Shown: one piece after another, positions 19,081 through 28,786 of the stretch
How positions within the stretch are numbered: position 1 is the stretch's first letter
How the letters are laid out: each line of letters begins with the position of its first letter
Origin: Bacteriovoracia bacterium
GTDB taxonomy: Bacteria > Bdellovibrionota > UBA1018 > CAIPTA01
Assembly (NCBI GenBank): GCA_050246755.1
Contig: JBFWVL010000004.1
Coordinates: forward strand, 1-64,000
Reading direction: 5' to 3'
Length of the DNA: 64,000 nucleotides
Made by a program: the position numbers and the translations under genes
The notes under the pieces: generated by a model
Database searches by the model: none
Told to the model about the DNA's origin: nothing
Seen by the model: only the letters and a program-made list of their open reading frames with translations

Positions 19081-19314
19081 TTATAATCCTAACTTATAGC
19101 AGACCTTGGCGGCGTTCGGCTTCCAGGAAAGGCCGCCGATCTGGGCGCAGTAACTCGCGCTTACGTACACCGCTTTGGCGGAACCCGTGCAATTTTCGGA
19201 ATAGTAGCAGCTACCTGGGCCGGCGGGGGGAGTGGGCGTGTCGTTGGCCTGAGCCATCGCGTGCGAGATCGCTAGGGCAGCGAAAAAAGCTAAAATTACG
19301 GGCACGCTCTTCAT
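19081..19314 (-). CDS. small secreted Cys-containing protein
   Basis: signal peptide, Pro linker, 4 Cys; GGAG RBS. Confidence 0.65.
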   Translation of the reverse strand: MKSVPVILAFFAALAISHAMAQANDTPTPPAGPGSCYYSENCTGSAKAVYVSASYCAQIGGLSWKPNAAKVCYKLGL

Positions 19315-19334
19315 GAAGCTCCGGCAAGTACGGC

Positions 19335-20417
19335 CTAGTGAACCGACTTAATTTTTTCGATCAGCTCGGCGCCACCGGGAATTTCCTTAAACTTCGCGTA
19401 CACGGGAGCAGCGAGCTTTTCTAGCTTTTCGCGCTCGGAAGCGTTGAAGGAAGTAATCACCAGGCCTTTTTTGATCAGCTGCTTTTTGGCTTCTTGCGCC
19501 TGCCGGATAAATAGCACGCGCTCTTCTTTGGCCATTTTTTCGATTTCGGCGGTGAGCACCTTTTGCTGCTCGGGCGAGAGCTTCTGGAAAGAATCCTCGC
19601 GCATTACGATCACGGTGGTGAATAAATTCAAATTGTCGTCCGTGATAAATTTGGGCTTGGGAACTCCGGGCACTTTCATTTCGTAAAGGAGCTCTTTGTA
19701 GGGGCCGATGAAGGTATCGATCGGTCCCTTCGAGAAGAGGCCTTTTTTGGTTTCGGGAGTGCCGAGCGTGGCGATCGCTTCCTTCAGCTCCACCACTTTG
19801 GCGCCAAATGCCTTCAAGGTTTCCATTCGGTAGGAATATTCGGCGGCACGGGGATAGGAGGTACCGTCGAGGGTGGAGCGGGCCTTGAAGTCCTCGGCGG
19901 TGAGGATTTTTTTGGTGCTCGCCACCACGCGGAAGCCGCCGCTATAGGTGAACGCAAAGGCGTGGAGCCTCCCTCCCGAAGAAGCGGCGATTTGGGCCAA
20001 TAGCCCCTTACCGATTTCCCCGGTGAGCACTTTTTCCACGTGGTCATGGTCGCGAAAAAGGAAGGGCAGGTCCATCACATCGAGGGCGGGAGTGCTCGTG
20101 CCGAGCGTGTCGGTGGCGATCTGGCCAATGTCTATCTCCCCGCTGGAAATTTTTTTGAACGCGTCACTCCAGCGGTATGCCCAGCCCCGTCCACTTTCCC
20201 ACTGGGTTTCGGGAAAATATTTAAGGTCCACTTTTAGAGTAGAGTCCGATTTCTCGGAAATGAGGCGCGCGTATTTTTTCATCATCCCGAGAACTTGCTG
20301 GTCGAGGGGACCGTGCGCGAAGATCCAGCTAATCGAATGCGCAGAGCAGTGACCGGTTTCCGCGGTTAGGCTGAAAAGCAGAGCAACGGGGAGTAGGTAT
20401 GATTTTATCCAACGCAT
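19335..20417 (-). CDS. TRAP transporter substrate-binding protein (DctP-like)
   Basis: DLPFLFRDHDH, GEIG, YSGGFR. Confidence 0.88.
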   Translation of the reverse strand: MRWIKSYLLPVALLFSLTAETGHCSAHSISWIFAHGPLDQQVLGMMKKYARLISEKSDSTLKVDLKYFPETQWESGRGWAYRWSDAFKKISSGEIDIGQIATDTLGTSTPALDVMDLPFLFRDHDHVEKVLTGEIGKGLLAQIAASSGGRLHAFAFTYSGGFRVVASTKKILTAEDFKARSTLDGTSYPRAAEYSYRMETLKAFGAKVVELKEAIATLGTPETKKGLFSKGPIDTFIGPYKELLYEMKVPGVPKPKFITDDNLNLFTTVIVMREDSFQKLSPEQQKVLTAEIEKMAKEERVLFIRQAQEAKKQLIKKGLVITSFNASEREKLEKLAAPVYAKFKEIPGGAELIEKIKSVH

Positions 20418-20537
20418 TCTTATCTCCAGGTAGGCGGTAAAGGCGCTTATTTTAATGGGCGTTTCTCAAGCACTTTACTAGAGTTTACCCTTGAAATTCA
20501 ACGATTTCGGCATTTTCAGGGCTAGTGGCCCCGAAAA

Positions 20538-21563
20538 TTACCCGCTGGGACGGTCGGTGATATCCACCGGACTCGTAAGCTCAACTAGGTTAAGGGGAGG
20601 ACGGTGCGTAAAAGCCTCCCGCCGGATTGGGCAGTCGGGTAAATCACAGCTGCGGCAGTAGAGACGGCGGCAAGGGTCGATATGAAACTCGATTTCTCCT
20701 TCGAGGAAAATGTCCTTCACCACGCGCTTCTCGTACGCTTCACCTCGCTCGTGGGCCACTTCCACGGTCCAAAACTCCGGTACCACTAAATGCCCATCCA
20801 CGTGAATACGGCGTCCATTACGCATCGCTCGCACGTGGTGCAAGCGGATATCGCCCGGTTGCCGGTTTCTTTCTAGGGAGCCGAGGATTTTTTCCAGCAG
20901 GCGCGGATTGGCGGCGTCGATTAAGCCGTCGATCGCGAGCCGCATAAGCGGGATTCCGGTGAAGGCTAGCAGGCCGGCCATCGCGAGCGCGATCATGGGA
21001 TCGAGCCAAGCGTAGCCCGTTACTTTCACCACGCCCAATCCGAGCAAAATTCCTATGGTGGTGAGAAAATCCGTGAGCACGTGCTTGCCGTCGGCGGTAA
21101 GGGCTACCGAAGAGGTGGTGCGGCCGGCCGCGATCAGCACGAGCCCGAGCAGGCCATTGAGTGCGCCGGCGAAAATCATGATGCCGAGCCCCTGCGAAAG
21201 GTCCGGACCGGCTGTGCCGTGAACGATCGCCATGATCGCGCCATAAGCGATCATGAGCGCCGCAAAGGAAATAAGGCCGCCTTCAAAAACGGCGGTTACG
21301 AATTCCAATTTACCGTGGCCGTAGGGATGTTCTTCGTCGGGGGGCTGGTCTGCGGCGCGCACGGCCCACAGCGCGAAGGCGGCGGCCACCACGTTCACGA
21401 TGCTTTCGAAGGCATCGGACAAAACGGCCTGCGATTTCGTGAGGCGGAAAGCGTAAAACTTCAGCGCCATGATGAAGATGCCGACCACTAAAGACAGGCA
21501 GCCGGCCGCCAGCCGGAGGCGGCGCTCGCGATCCGGGCCTTTGAAATAGCGAAGCATGGCCAT
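20538..21563 (-). CDS. cation diffusion facilitator transporter
   Basis: SDAFES, PPDEEHPYGHGKLE, HVLTD; Cys-rich C-tail. Confidence 0.93.
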   Translation of the reverse strand: MAMLRYFKGPDRERRLRLAAGCLSLVVGIFIMALKFYAFRLTKSQAVLSDAFESIVNVVAAAFALWAVRAADQPPDEEHPYGHGKLEFVTAVFEGGLISFAALMIAYGAIMAIVHGTAGPDLSQGLGIMIFAGALNGLLGLVLIAAGRTTSSVALTADGKHVLTDFLTTIGILLGLGVVKVTGYAWLDPMIALAMAGLLAFTGIPLMRLAIDGLIDAANPRLLEKILGSLERNRQPGDIRLHHVRAMRNGRRIHVDGHLVVPEFWTVEVAHERGEAYEKRVVKDIFLEGEIEFHIDPCRRLYCRSCDLPDCPIRREAFTHRPPLNLVELTSPVDITDRPSG

Positions 21564-22222
21564 TACTGTAGTGCGTCCGCGGGTTTTACTGCAACCAGAG
21601 CACTGCGTTTTTTGAGGGTGTTCGGGAGTTTATGTTTGGTTATTTCCAGGCCCGCCGAAACCGCAGAATCCTTAGCGCTGCGGCATACTGAGTAGGTCAC
21701 GAGGCGGCCCGACGGATAAAGCAGGGCGGCCGCTAGCCGAAATAAATGGTCGGTCCAGGCCTCAGGATTGGCTTTGGGAGAGAAGGGATCGAAAAATATG
21801 GCATGGAACTTTTCTCCGCGCGCGGCCATTTCAGGAAGCAGCGAAAAAAAATCCCCCTCGAGCAGTTCCGCGTGAAAATCACCGGCACGAAATTTTTTCG
21901 TGGCCACGATTTCCGAGAGAGATGGCTGCGCTTGGTCCTCAAGGAAAAATTTTGCTCCGGATAAATCGCGCTCGATCGAGGTAAAGTGCAGGGGGAGCCT
22001 TTCTTCGGCGAGCGCGAGAAAATTTGTGCCGAGCCCAAAGCCCAGCTCCAGAATCCGGAACGGTTGCACCAGGCCGAAATAGGGGTTTTCACGGAGGCCC
22101 GGGGTTAGGAAAACCGCCTGCACCTCGAGCTGAGCCGCATGCCGGCTCTTGAAACATTCTCCGGCAACCGCGTCGAATACCGTGAGGCTGCCGTCTTGGG
22201 TGGTGCGAAACTCGAAGCGCAT
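21563..22222 (-). CDS. stand-alone MnmC/MnmD-type tRNA methyltransferase domain
   Basis: TQDGSLT, ILELGFGLGTN, FFDPFSP..NPEAW. Confidence 0.85.
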   Translation of the reverse strand: MRFEFRTTQDGSLTVFDAVAGECFKSRHAAQLEVQAVFLTPGLRENPYFGLVQPFRILELGFGLGTNFLALAEERLPLHFTSIERDLSGAKFFLEDQAQPSLSEIVATKKFRAGDFHAELLEGDFFSLLPEMAARGEKFHAIFFDPFSPKANPEAWTDHLFRLAAALLYPSGRLVTYSVCRSAKDSAVSAGLEITKHKLPNTLKKRSALVAVKPADALQ

Positions 22223-22228
22223 AGAGTG

Positions 22229-22257
22229 GGGATAGTGGTTATGCTGGGCTTTGTCAA
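22229..22257 (-). promoter_or_regulatory. sigma70 promoter, probably leaderless
   Basis: TTGACA-N17-TATCCC-N6-ATG(22222). Confidence 0.65.
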
Positions 22258-22302
22258 AGCCGCCCTCTCGTGGACGGCCTTAAAGTAAGATACGCTGAAA
22301 GA

Positions 22303-23484
22303 ATGCTCGTATTTTGGCTGTTTTTTCAGGCCTTCACCTCTTTCGCTAACGCGGCGCAATGGGTTGCCGTGGAGAAACAGCCTTACCTTTCCCTCACCGA
22401 CTGGGCGCATGCCGGCCACCTATCAAAATTTTCGGATCCCAAGTCGGGCCGGATCTTACTCGAGCGAAAAGGGCGCGCGCCGATTATCCTATTGCTCGAT
22501 TCTCCTTACGCCCTCCTTGGCAGCAAGTTCATCGCGCTGCCGGACGCGCCGATTCGTAAAGGGGAAAAGATTTTATTGTCGGCGCAGAGTGCCGAACGCT
22601 TGTTTCCCGCCGTTTTATCGGCCGAAGAGAGGCCGGCTTTCTCCGCATTGTTGCTGAGCGCGAAAGGGGAAGGGCCGAAACCGGAAGAGAAAAAAAATGA
22701 GGCAAAGGCAAAGCCAGCCGCGGCGGTTCAACCCATTCCCAGCCCCATTTCCGCGATGGAGTCCTGCCAGCTTGAGCGCCCGGTGAAGCGTATCTTCCTC
22801 GATCCCGGCCATGGCGGTAACGACGTGGGCACGAAATTCGCCGGCGTTTTCGAAAAAAATATCACCCTGGAATTTTCCCGTCTCGCCGCCGACGAGCTCC
22901 GGCGCCGCGGTTTCGAAGTGAGCTTCTCTCGCACCCGCGACGTTTTTCTCCCACTCGATATCCGCACGAAGCTCGCCGAAAAATGGAAAGCCGATCTCTT
23001 CGTGAGCTTGCACGTGAATAGCTCTCAGCACGCCGATGCTCATGGTACCGAAACGTATATCCTAAATCAGGAAGCCACCGATGCCGAAGCGCGCAAGCTC
23101 GCCCTCATCGAGAACTCCATCGCTAGTGCGGCAAAGGAGCGGCAAAGTGCCGTCCAAGATATCCTCTGGGACATGGAACAGACCGCCTACCTTCAGGACA
23201 GCGCCTACCTCGCTTCCTACCTGCAGGGCGCACTCGTGGCCAATGCCCACGATCTTTTGCTGCGGGAAAAGATCGGTGGAGATTGGAAAAATCGCGGAGT
23301 GCGTCAGGCACCTTTTTACGTGTTGAACCGAGCCGCGATGCCGGCGGTCCTGGTGGAATTAGGCTACCTCTCGAACCCGCGGGATCGTAAACTGCTGCTA
23401 ACCAAATCCTTTCAAGAAAGTTTGGCTAAGGCGCTGGCCGAAGGGGTTAAGAAATATAGGGAAGAGTGCCGAAAAGCACAGTAG
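22303..23484 (+). CDS. N-acetylmuramoyl-L-alanine amidase (Amidase_3)
   Basis: LDPGHGG, EK, SLHVN, VLVELGYLSN; signal peptide from MLVFW. Confidence 0.93.
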   Translation: MLVFWLFFQAFTSFANAAQWVAVEKQPYLSLTDWAHAGHLSKFSDPKSGRILLERKGRAPIILLLDSPYALLGSKFIALPDAPIRKGEKILLSAQSAERLFPAVLSAEERPAFSALLLSAKGEGPKPEEKKNEAKAKPAAAVQPIPSPISAMESCQLERPVKRIFLDPGHGGNDVGTKFAGVFEKNITLEFSRLAADELRRRGFEVSFSRTRDVFLPLDIRTKLAEKWKADLFVSLHVNSSQHADAHGTETYILNQEATDAEARKLALIENSIASAAKERQSAVQDILWDMEQTAYLQDSAYLASYLQGALVANAHDLLLREKIGGDWKNRGVRQAPFYVLNRAAMPAVLVELGYLSNPRDRKLLLTKSFQESLAKALAEGVKKYREECRKAQ

Positions 23485-23509
23485 GATTTTGAATCACGGA
23501 GAGAGAATC

Positions 23510-23872
23510 ATGGCCAAAAAACAAAAAGCAAAACCCAGCAAGCCGAGCAAAAGAAGTTTCGCCAAAGCCCAGGTGTCCAAAGTGATGGACCAGGTGAAGG
23601 AACCATTTTCTCTTCTCGGCACCTTAAAAGAAGAGGGCATGGCCAACGTGATTATGCTGCTCGGCCTCGCCGGCTCGATGGCCAGCGGCGCGAAAAAAAA
23701 CCTTCGTCTCGAAGCCGTGAAGCCGCAGCTGCGCGAGCTGGTGGCCTCGCTTGGCTTTGCGATGAAAGAAGATTTCGATGAACTCGCCTCCCGCGTAGAC
23801 GAGCTCGAGCATAAGTTGGCTAAAAAAGAATTCGCGGATCTGCGCAAAGCCGCCCGCGACGAAGAAGAATAA
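23510..23872 (+). CDS. hypothetical coiled-coil protein (phasin/UbiK-like C-terminus)
   Basis: LGFAMKEDFDELASRVDELEHKL; GGAGAG RBS. Confidence 0.7.
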   Translation: MAKKQKAKPSKPSKRSFAKAQVSKVMDQVKEPFSLLGTLKEEGMANVIMLLGLAGSMASGAKKNLRLEAVKPQLRELVASLGFAMKEDFDELASRVDELEHKLAKKEFADLRKAARDEEE

Positions 23873-25312
23873 CTAGAAAATATCCACGGAACTGGCACCC
23901 GCGGGGCCGCCGCCCGGCTGATTGTCGCCGCCGTACGCGAAGTCGCGGAAGGTGGTGAACTGGCCCTGCCACGAGAGCTTGATCTCGCCCGTATTACCGG
24001 AACGGTGTTTGCCCACGATGAGCTCGGCCTCATTGGCCATTTCCGGATTATCCTTATCGCGGTGAATGAAGAGCACCATATCGGCGTCTTGCTCGATCGC
24101 GCCGGATTCCCGCAAGTCGGAGAGCTGGGGCTTTTTCTTTTCCCGGCGTTCCACGTCCCGGCTGAGCTGGGAGGCGGCGATCACGGGCACGCTCAATTCT
24201 TTCGCCATGGCTTTGAGGCCGCGGGAAATTTCGGCGATTTCTTGCTCGCGGTTGCTGAAGCCGCTCTTGCCGCCGAGGCCGCGCATGAGCTGCAAGTAGT
24301 CCACGATCACGAGGCCGAGCCCGTGCTGGCTCTGCATGCGGCGGCAGCGGCTCTTGAGTTCGAGAATATTCAGCGCCGGCGTATCATCGAGGAATAATTG
24401 GGCCGACTGCAATTCACCCGCCGCACGCTGGAGGTGCTTCCAGTCACTTTCCTGGAGGCGCGAGGCGTTCTTCAAGCGATTGGAATCCACGCGGGCTTCC
24501 ATCGAAAGCAGGCGCATCGTGAGCTCGTGCTTGCTCATCTCCATCGAGAATACGCCCACGGTGGTTTGGCCCTTCACGGCGGCGTTGAGCGCCCAGTTGA
24601 GCATCAAGGAGGTTTTCCCCATCCCGGGCCGGGCCGCCACGATGATTAGTTGTCCGCCATGCCAGCCCATGGTCTCGGCGTCGAGATCGCGGAATCCGGA
24701 AGGCACGCCGATGATTTTCGTATTGCGGGAAGCGGTATCCTGGAGGTGGTTGAATACCTCGAGCATATTTTCCGAGAGCGAGCTGTAGGTACTGAGCTTG
24801 CGCTCCGAGGTGGCGTTGAGAACCTTTTTTTCGGTTTCTTCTTTAAAGGCCGAGTGATCTTGGATCCCGTCGTAGGCGAGGGCGGCCTGCTCGCTGCAAA
24901 CCTGGATGATATTGCGCTCGATCGATTTTTCTTTCACGATCAGGCCATAGGCGGGCAAGTTGGCTACCGAATAGTCGGAACTCACGAGTTCGGCGATATA
25001 ACCGGCGCCACCCACTTTTTCGAGGATGCCCGCGCTGAGAAGGGAGTTTTTCAGCGTGATCGCGTCGGCGGGCTGGCCGCGTTGCGCGAGCTCCAGCATG
25101 GCGCGGAAAATTTTCTGGTGGCTGTCTTTGTAGAAGTCCTCGGGGGCGAGGCCGATCTCGTAAACGGAATCGAGCGAGCGGTTATCGAGCAGGATGCCGC
25201 CCAATACGTTCATTTCGGCTTCTAGGTTATGCGGCGGTACTTTTCCGGCAGGCGGACTGAGCGTTTTTGGTGCGTCTTTCCATCTGCCTTCCGGCCGTTG
25301 TTCGAAATCCAT
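23873..25312 (-). CDS. dnaB: replicative DNA helicase
   Basis: PPHNLEAE, ARPGMGKT, DYLQL, DLRESGAIEQDAD. Confidence 0.98.
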   Translation of the reverse strand: MDFEQRPEGRWKDAPKTLSPPAGKVPPHNLEAEMNVLGGILLDNRSLDSVYEIGLAPEDFYKDSHQKIFRAMLELAQRGQPADAITLKNSLLSAGILEKVGGAGYIAELVSSDYSVANLPAYGLIVKEKSIERNIIQVCSEQAALAYDGIQDHSAFKEETEKKVLNATSERKLSTYSSLSENMLEVFNHLQDTASRNTKIIGVPSGFRDLDAETMGWHGGQLIIVAARPGMGKTSLMLNWALNAAVKGQTTVGVFSMEMSKHELTMRLLSMEARVDSNRLKNASRLQESDWKHLQRAAGELQSAQLFLDDTPALNILELKSRCRRMQSQHGLGLVIVDYLQLMRGLGGKSGFSNREQEIAEISRGLKAMAKELSVPVIAASQLSRDVERREKKKPQLSDLRESGAIEQDADMVLFIHRDKDNPEMANEAELIVGKHRSGNTGEIKLSWQGQFTTFRDFAYGGDNQPGGGPAGASSVDIF

Positions 25313-25390
25313 CGTGTTTTATTTCCCCATTAAACAGCGGATCGTGACTGGAATAATTGTGAGGGCCTCGCGGCCCAGTAACTAGGGCTA

Positions 25391-25840
25391 CTATTCTACG
25401 TCGGCTACAACGGAAAGGTTCACTTCGGCGATCACGCCTTCCATGAGGCGCACGGGTACTTTGAAGGAGCCGAGCTTCTTCAAGGAGCCTTCGATTTCAA
25501 TCTGTTTGCGATCTACCGTCAGGCCTTTCTGCGCAATGGCTTCGGCGATGTCTTGGTTGGTGATCGAGCCGAACAGTTTTTGGTTCTCGCCGGATTTACG
25601 GCGAATCACGATGGAGAGGGCTTCGAGCTGAGCTTTTTCGGCTTCTTTTTCGGCTTTTACTTTGGCGAGCTTCTTCTTCAGCGAGCGCTTTTGATTTTCC
25701 ATCTGGTTCAGGTTCTTTTCGTCGGCTTGCACGGCAAGCTTTTTGGGGAAAAGAAAGTTTCTCGCGTAACCTGCGCTCACGCGCACGTTATCGCCAATGG
25801 AACCCAGGGTATCTACGTTTTCTCGCAAAATAACGTTCAT
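25391..25840 (-). CDS. rplI: 50S ribosomal protein L9
   Basis: GYARNFLFP, KLFGSIT. Confidence 0.97.
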   Translation of the reverse strand: MNVILRENVDTLGSIGDNVRVSAGYARNFLFPKKLAVQADEKNLNQMENQKRSLKKKLAKVKAEKEAEKAQLEALSIVIRRKSGENQKLFGSITNQDIAEAIAQKGLTVDRKQIEIEGSLKKLGSFKVPVRLMEGVIAEVNLSVVADVE

Positions 25841-26829
25841 GACTCTTTATCCTCTTCCGCTTCAATCGGCTTGTGCCGATGCCTAAAATTTAACCACAAA
25901 TCGAAAAATCCAAAACTCACCACCATGGGATACATAACCATCCCAAGAGCATAAATGGGAACCCGAAACGGCCCGCGCAATCGGAGTGAGTCCAGAAAGT
26001 ACGCTAGAATACTCATTCCCTGGAAAAAGTAAATGACGAGAAGCGGTTTCACGCAGTTTCTGGCTACCGTGCTGAAGATTTCGAGCTCAAAGAGCATTAA
26101 AGTTACGCAGAGGATTGCGGGCCAAACGAGCCACTCGGGCGTCTTCCATTTGCGCAGAAAATCCCGACCGATTCCGGCTCGGTGCAAAAAGCCTTTGGGG
26201 TTCCAGCGAATTAGTGCCAGGCAAGGAAGAACGCAAAGCAACAAAAGGCCCGAGGCCAGCAGGCCCGGCAATTCCATCAGGGCGGCTCTGGGAGTTTCCA
26301 CAATCTGTTTCAGGGAGGTCACGGTGGTTTCGGCCCAGTCGTTTTTACCCGCTTCTAGCAGGTGTTCCGCGGTGCTTTTAAAGGTTTGCTCCAAGTAGAC
26401 GATGCTTTCGCTCACGGCCGGGCCTAGGCCTTTTCCGTGAGAGCTGGCTACTATCCAAAACGCCAGCACTCCGGCCGCGACCACGGCTAAGAAAGCCAGC
26501 GAAATGGCCTTTTCCACGCTTTTTTTCCAAAGCAGCACCTCTCCCAATACCAAAGAAGGGAGGCTAACCAGCAACAGAAAGCCTAGCGCGCCGGGCAATC
26601 CGTGAATGACGGCCGCCAAGGCGGTGCCTAAAAATAGAGCGATGGCCCACCACATGCGGCCTAGGCGGCGATCGCTTTTGCCCACGAGGAGGTAAAGGCT
26701 AGGAAGAGGAGCGAGGAGGGTAAATGCGTAAGAAAGGAAGAAGAGAGGGCCGAGCAGGCATAACGCCAATTGAAAAGCCCAGGAGCCGGAGCGTTCCCAC
26801 GGTTCTGGGCTTTCCATTGATTCCATCAT
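25837..26829 (-). CDS. DUF2232/YybS membrane protein
   Basis: multi-TM, PEWLVWP, YFFQG, GFFDLWLNFR; context before rplI. Confidence 0.85.
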   Translation of the reverse strand: MMESMESPEPWERSGSWAFQLALCLLGPLFFLSYAFTLLAPLPSLYLLVGKSDRRLGRMWWAIALFLGTALAAVIHGLPGALGFLLLVSLPSLVLGEVLLWKKSVEKAISLAFLAVVAAGVLAFWIVASSHGKGLGPAVSESIVYLEQTFKSTAEHLLEAGKNDWAETTVTSLKQIVETPRAALMELPGLLASGLLLLCVLPCLALIRWNPKGFLHRAGIGRDFLRKWKTPEWLVWPAILCVTLMLFELEIFSTVARNCVKPLLVIYFFQGMSILAYFLDSLRLRGPFRVPIYALGMVMYPMVVSFGFFDLWLNFRHRHKPIEAEEDKES

Positions 26830-26837
26830 GAACGATC

Positions 26838-27212
26838 TTAGGAGTCGTAATTTTCGCCAGCTTCGTCAGAAGGCTTTTTCACGCGCTTCATCGGGCTCGG
26901 CTTTTTGAGGGCTTCTACGTCTTCTTCGTCGGAGATATTCACGCTGAGAAAGCGAACGATATTTTCATTGATGCGAAAGTTACGCTCCAGCTCCGCCACC
27001 GTGGCGTTATTGCCGGTGAAAGCGAAGTAAACGTAGCGGCCGCGCGATTCTTTTTGGATATCGTAAGAGAAACGGCGCGTGCCCCAATCTTCGTAGCTGG
27101 CCAATTGTCCTTGGTGGGCCTGGATGATGCCTTCCACTTTGGTTTTGATGGCCGACACTTGATCTTCAGTGGAAGCAGCTTTGGTGATCACGGTAGTTTC
27201 GTAACTCGGCAT
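26838..27212 (-). CDS. rpsF: 30S ribosomal protein S6
   Basis: YETTVI, WGTRRFSYDI, ELER..INENIVRF. Confidence 0.95.
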   Translation of the reverse strand: MPSYETTVITKAASTEDQVSAIKTKVEGIIQAHQGQLASYEDWGTRRFSYDIQKESRGRYVYFAFTGNNATVAELERNFRINENIVRFLSVNISDEEDVEALKKPSPMKRVKKPSDEAGENYDS

Positions 27213-27372
27213 AGGTTCCTTTCGGGGCGCTAAAAACGGGATAAATCTATAGATTTGTTTCTGTACCACATACCTTCGATGGATGAAAAGGGAGAAATTC
27301 CAGAGGTTTCGGCCTCCCCTGGGGCGGCGAATTATTGAATAAGTGGAGGAAATCGAATAGTTTTTTGCCTAT

Positions 27373-28785
27373 ATGAGCGAAAAATTCTCTACCCTCGTGC
27401 TGGCGGCCGGCAAAGGCACCCGCATGAAGAGCAGTCTTCCCAAGGTTTTACACACCGTTTGTGGCCAGTCCCTTTTAGTGCACGTATTGCAAGCCGCCGC
27501 TAAAGCCGGTGCCCAAAAACACTACGTAGTGGTGGGACACGGGCGCGAAGAAGTTTTGGCCGAGCTCGAAAAGTCTGGCCTGCCCTTCAGCGAAGTTTGG
27601 CAGAAGGAACAAAAGGGTACGGGGCACGCGGCCCAGATGGCGCTGCCAGCGATGGCCGAAGTCGAAGAAACGATTTTGATCATTAATGGAGACGGCCCGT
27701 TGCTGCAGCCGGAAACGCTCCGATCTTTGCTTGCGGCCCACCAGGCACGCAAAGCCGATCTTACCCTCGGAGTGATGCAGCTCGAAGATCCTACTGGCTA
27801 CGGGCGGGTGCTCACGGGGAGCGGCGGCGCGCTGAAAAAGATCGTGGAGCAAAAAGAAGCTTCGGCCAAAGAGCAAAAAATAAATCTAGTAAACGGCGGG
27901 GTATATGCCGTGAGCCGGAAGTACCTCGCGACCTTCCTGCCCTCACTAAAGCCCAGCGCTAAGGCGCAGGAGCTTTACCTTACCGATATCGTGGCGATGG
28001 GCGCCGCTAAGAAGAAAAAACTTTTCGCGTTCACGATGCCCGCTGAAGAGTTGAAGGGCGTAAATGATTTCGCCCAGCTCGCCGAAGTGGAAGAGATTCT
28101 ACATCAGCGTCAGCGCCTCGCCTGGATGAAGGACGGCGTGCGCCTGGAGGCGCCGGCCACTTTGTTTGCCGATGCGGGCGTGGAAATCGGAAGCGGGACG
28201 CGGATCGGCCCGAACGTGGTGCTTCACGGAAAAACAAAAATCGGCCTGGGGGCCACGATTGAAGCCGGCTGCGTGCTGAAAGATTCCGTGGTGGAGGGCG
28301 GGGCGGAAGTGAAAGCCTATTCTCACCTCGAGGGTGCCGTGGTGAAGTCGGGCGCGAAAGTGGGCCCATTCGCCCGGCTGCGCCCTGGATCCGAAATTGG
28401 CGTAGAGGCACGTGTCGGGAATTTCGTGGAGGTAAAAAATTCGCGGATCGGAAGCGGCTCCAAAGCCAATCACCTTTCTTATATCGGGGATACCGAAGTG
28501 GGGGCGGAAGTGAATATCGGTTGCGGGTTTATCGCCTGCAACTACGACGGCGTGAATAAGCACCAGACCGTGATCGAAGACGGGGCGTTCGTGGGCAGCG
28601 GCGTACGGGCCGTTGCGCCGGTTACGATCGGCAAAGACTCTTACGTGGCCACCGGCTCCACGATTAACCACAGCGTGCCCGCCGAGGCGCTCGGGATCGC
28701 AAGGGCGAAGCAGGAAAATAAAGAGGGCTACGCGCCTCGCTTGAAGGCCCGGATGCTCGCGCAGAAGAAAGCGAAGGGTAAATAG
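27373..28785 (+). CDS. glmU: bifunctional GlmU
   Basis: LAAGKGTRMKS, YLTD, GNFVEVK, HLSYIGD, CNYDG. Confidence 0.97.
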   Translation: MSEKFSTLVLAAGKGTRMKSSLPKVLHTVCGQSLLVHVLQAAAKAGAQKHYVVVGHGREEVLAELEKSGLPFSEVWQKEQKGTGHAAQMALPAMAEVEETILIINGDGPLLQPETLRSLLAAHQARKADLTLGVMQLEDPTGYGRVLTGSGGALKKIVEQKEASAKEQKINLVNGGVYAVSRKYLATFLPSLKPSAKAQELYLTDIVAMGAAKKKKLFAFTMPAEELKGVNDFAQLAEVEEILHQRQRLAWMKDGVRLEAPATLFADAGVEIGSGTRIGPNVVLHGKTKIGLGATIEAGCVLKDSVVEGGAEVKAYSHLEGAVVKSGAKVGPFARLRPGSEIGVEARVGNFVEVKNSRIGSGSKANHLSYIGDTEVGAEVNIGCGFIACNYDGVNKHQTVIEDGAFVGSGVRAVAPVTIGKDSYVATGSTINHSVPAEALGIARAKQENKEGYAPRLKARMLAQKKAKGK

Positions 28786-28786
28786 A

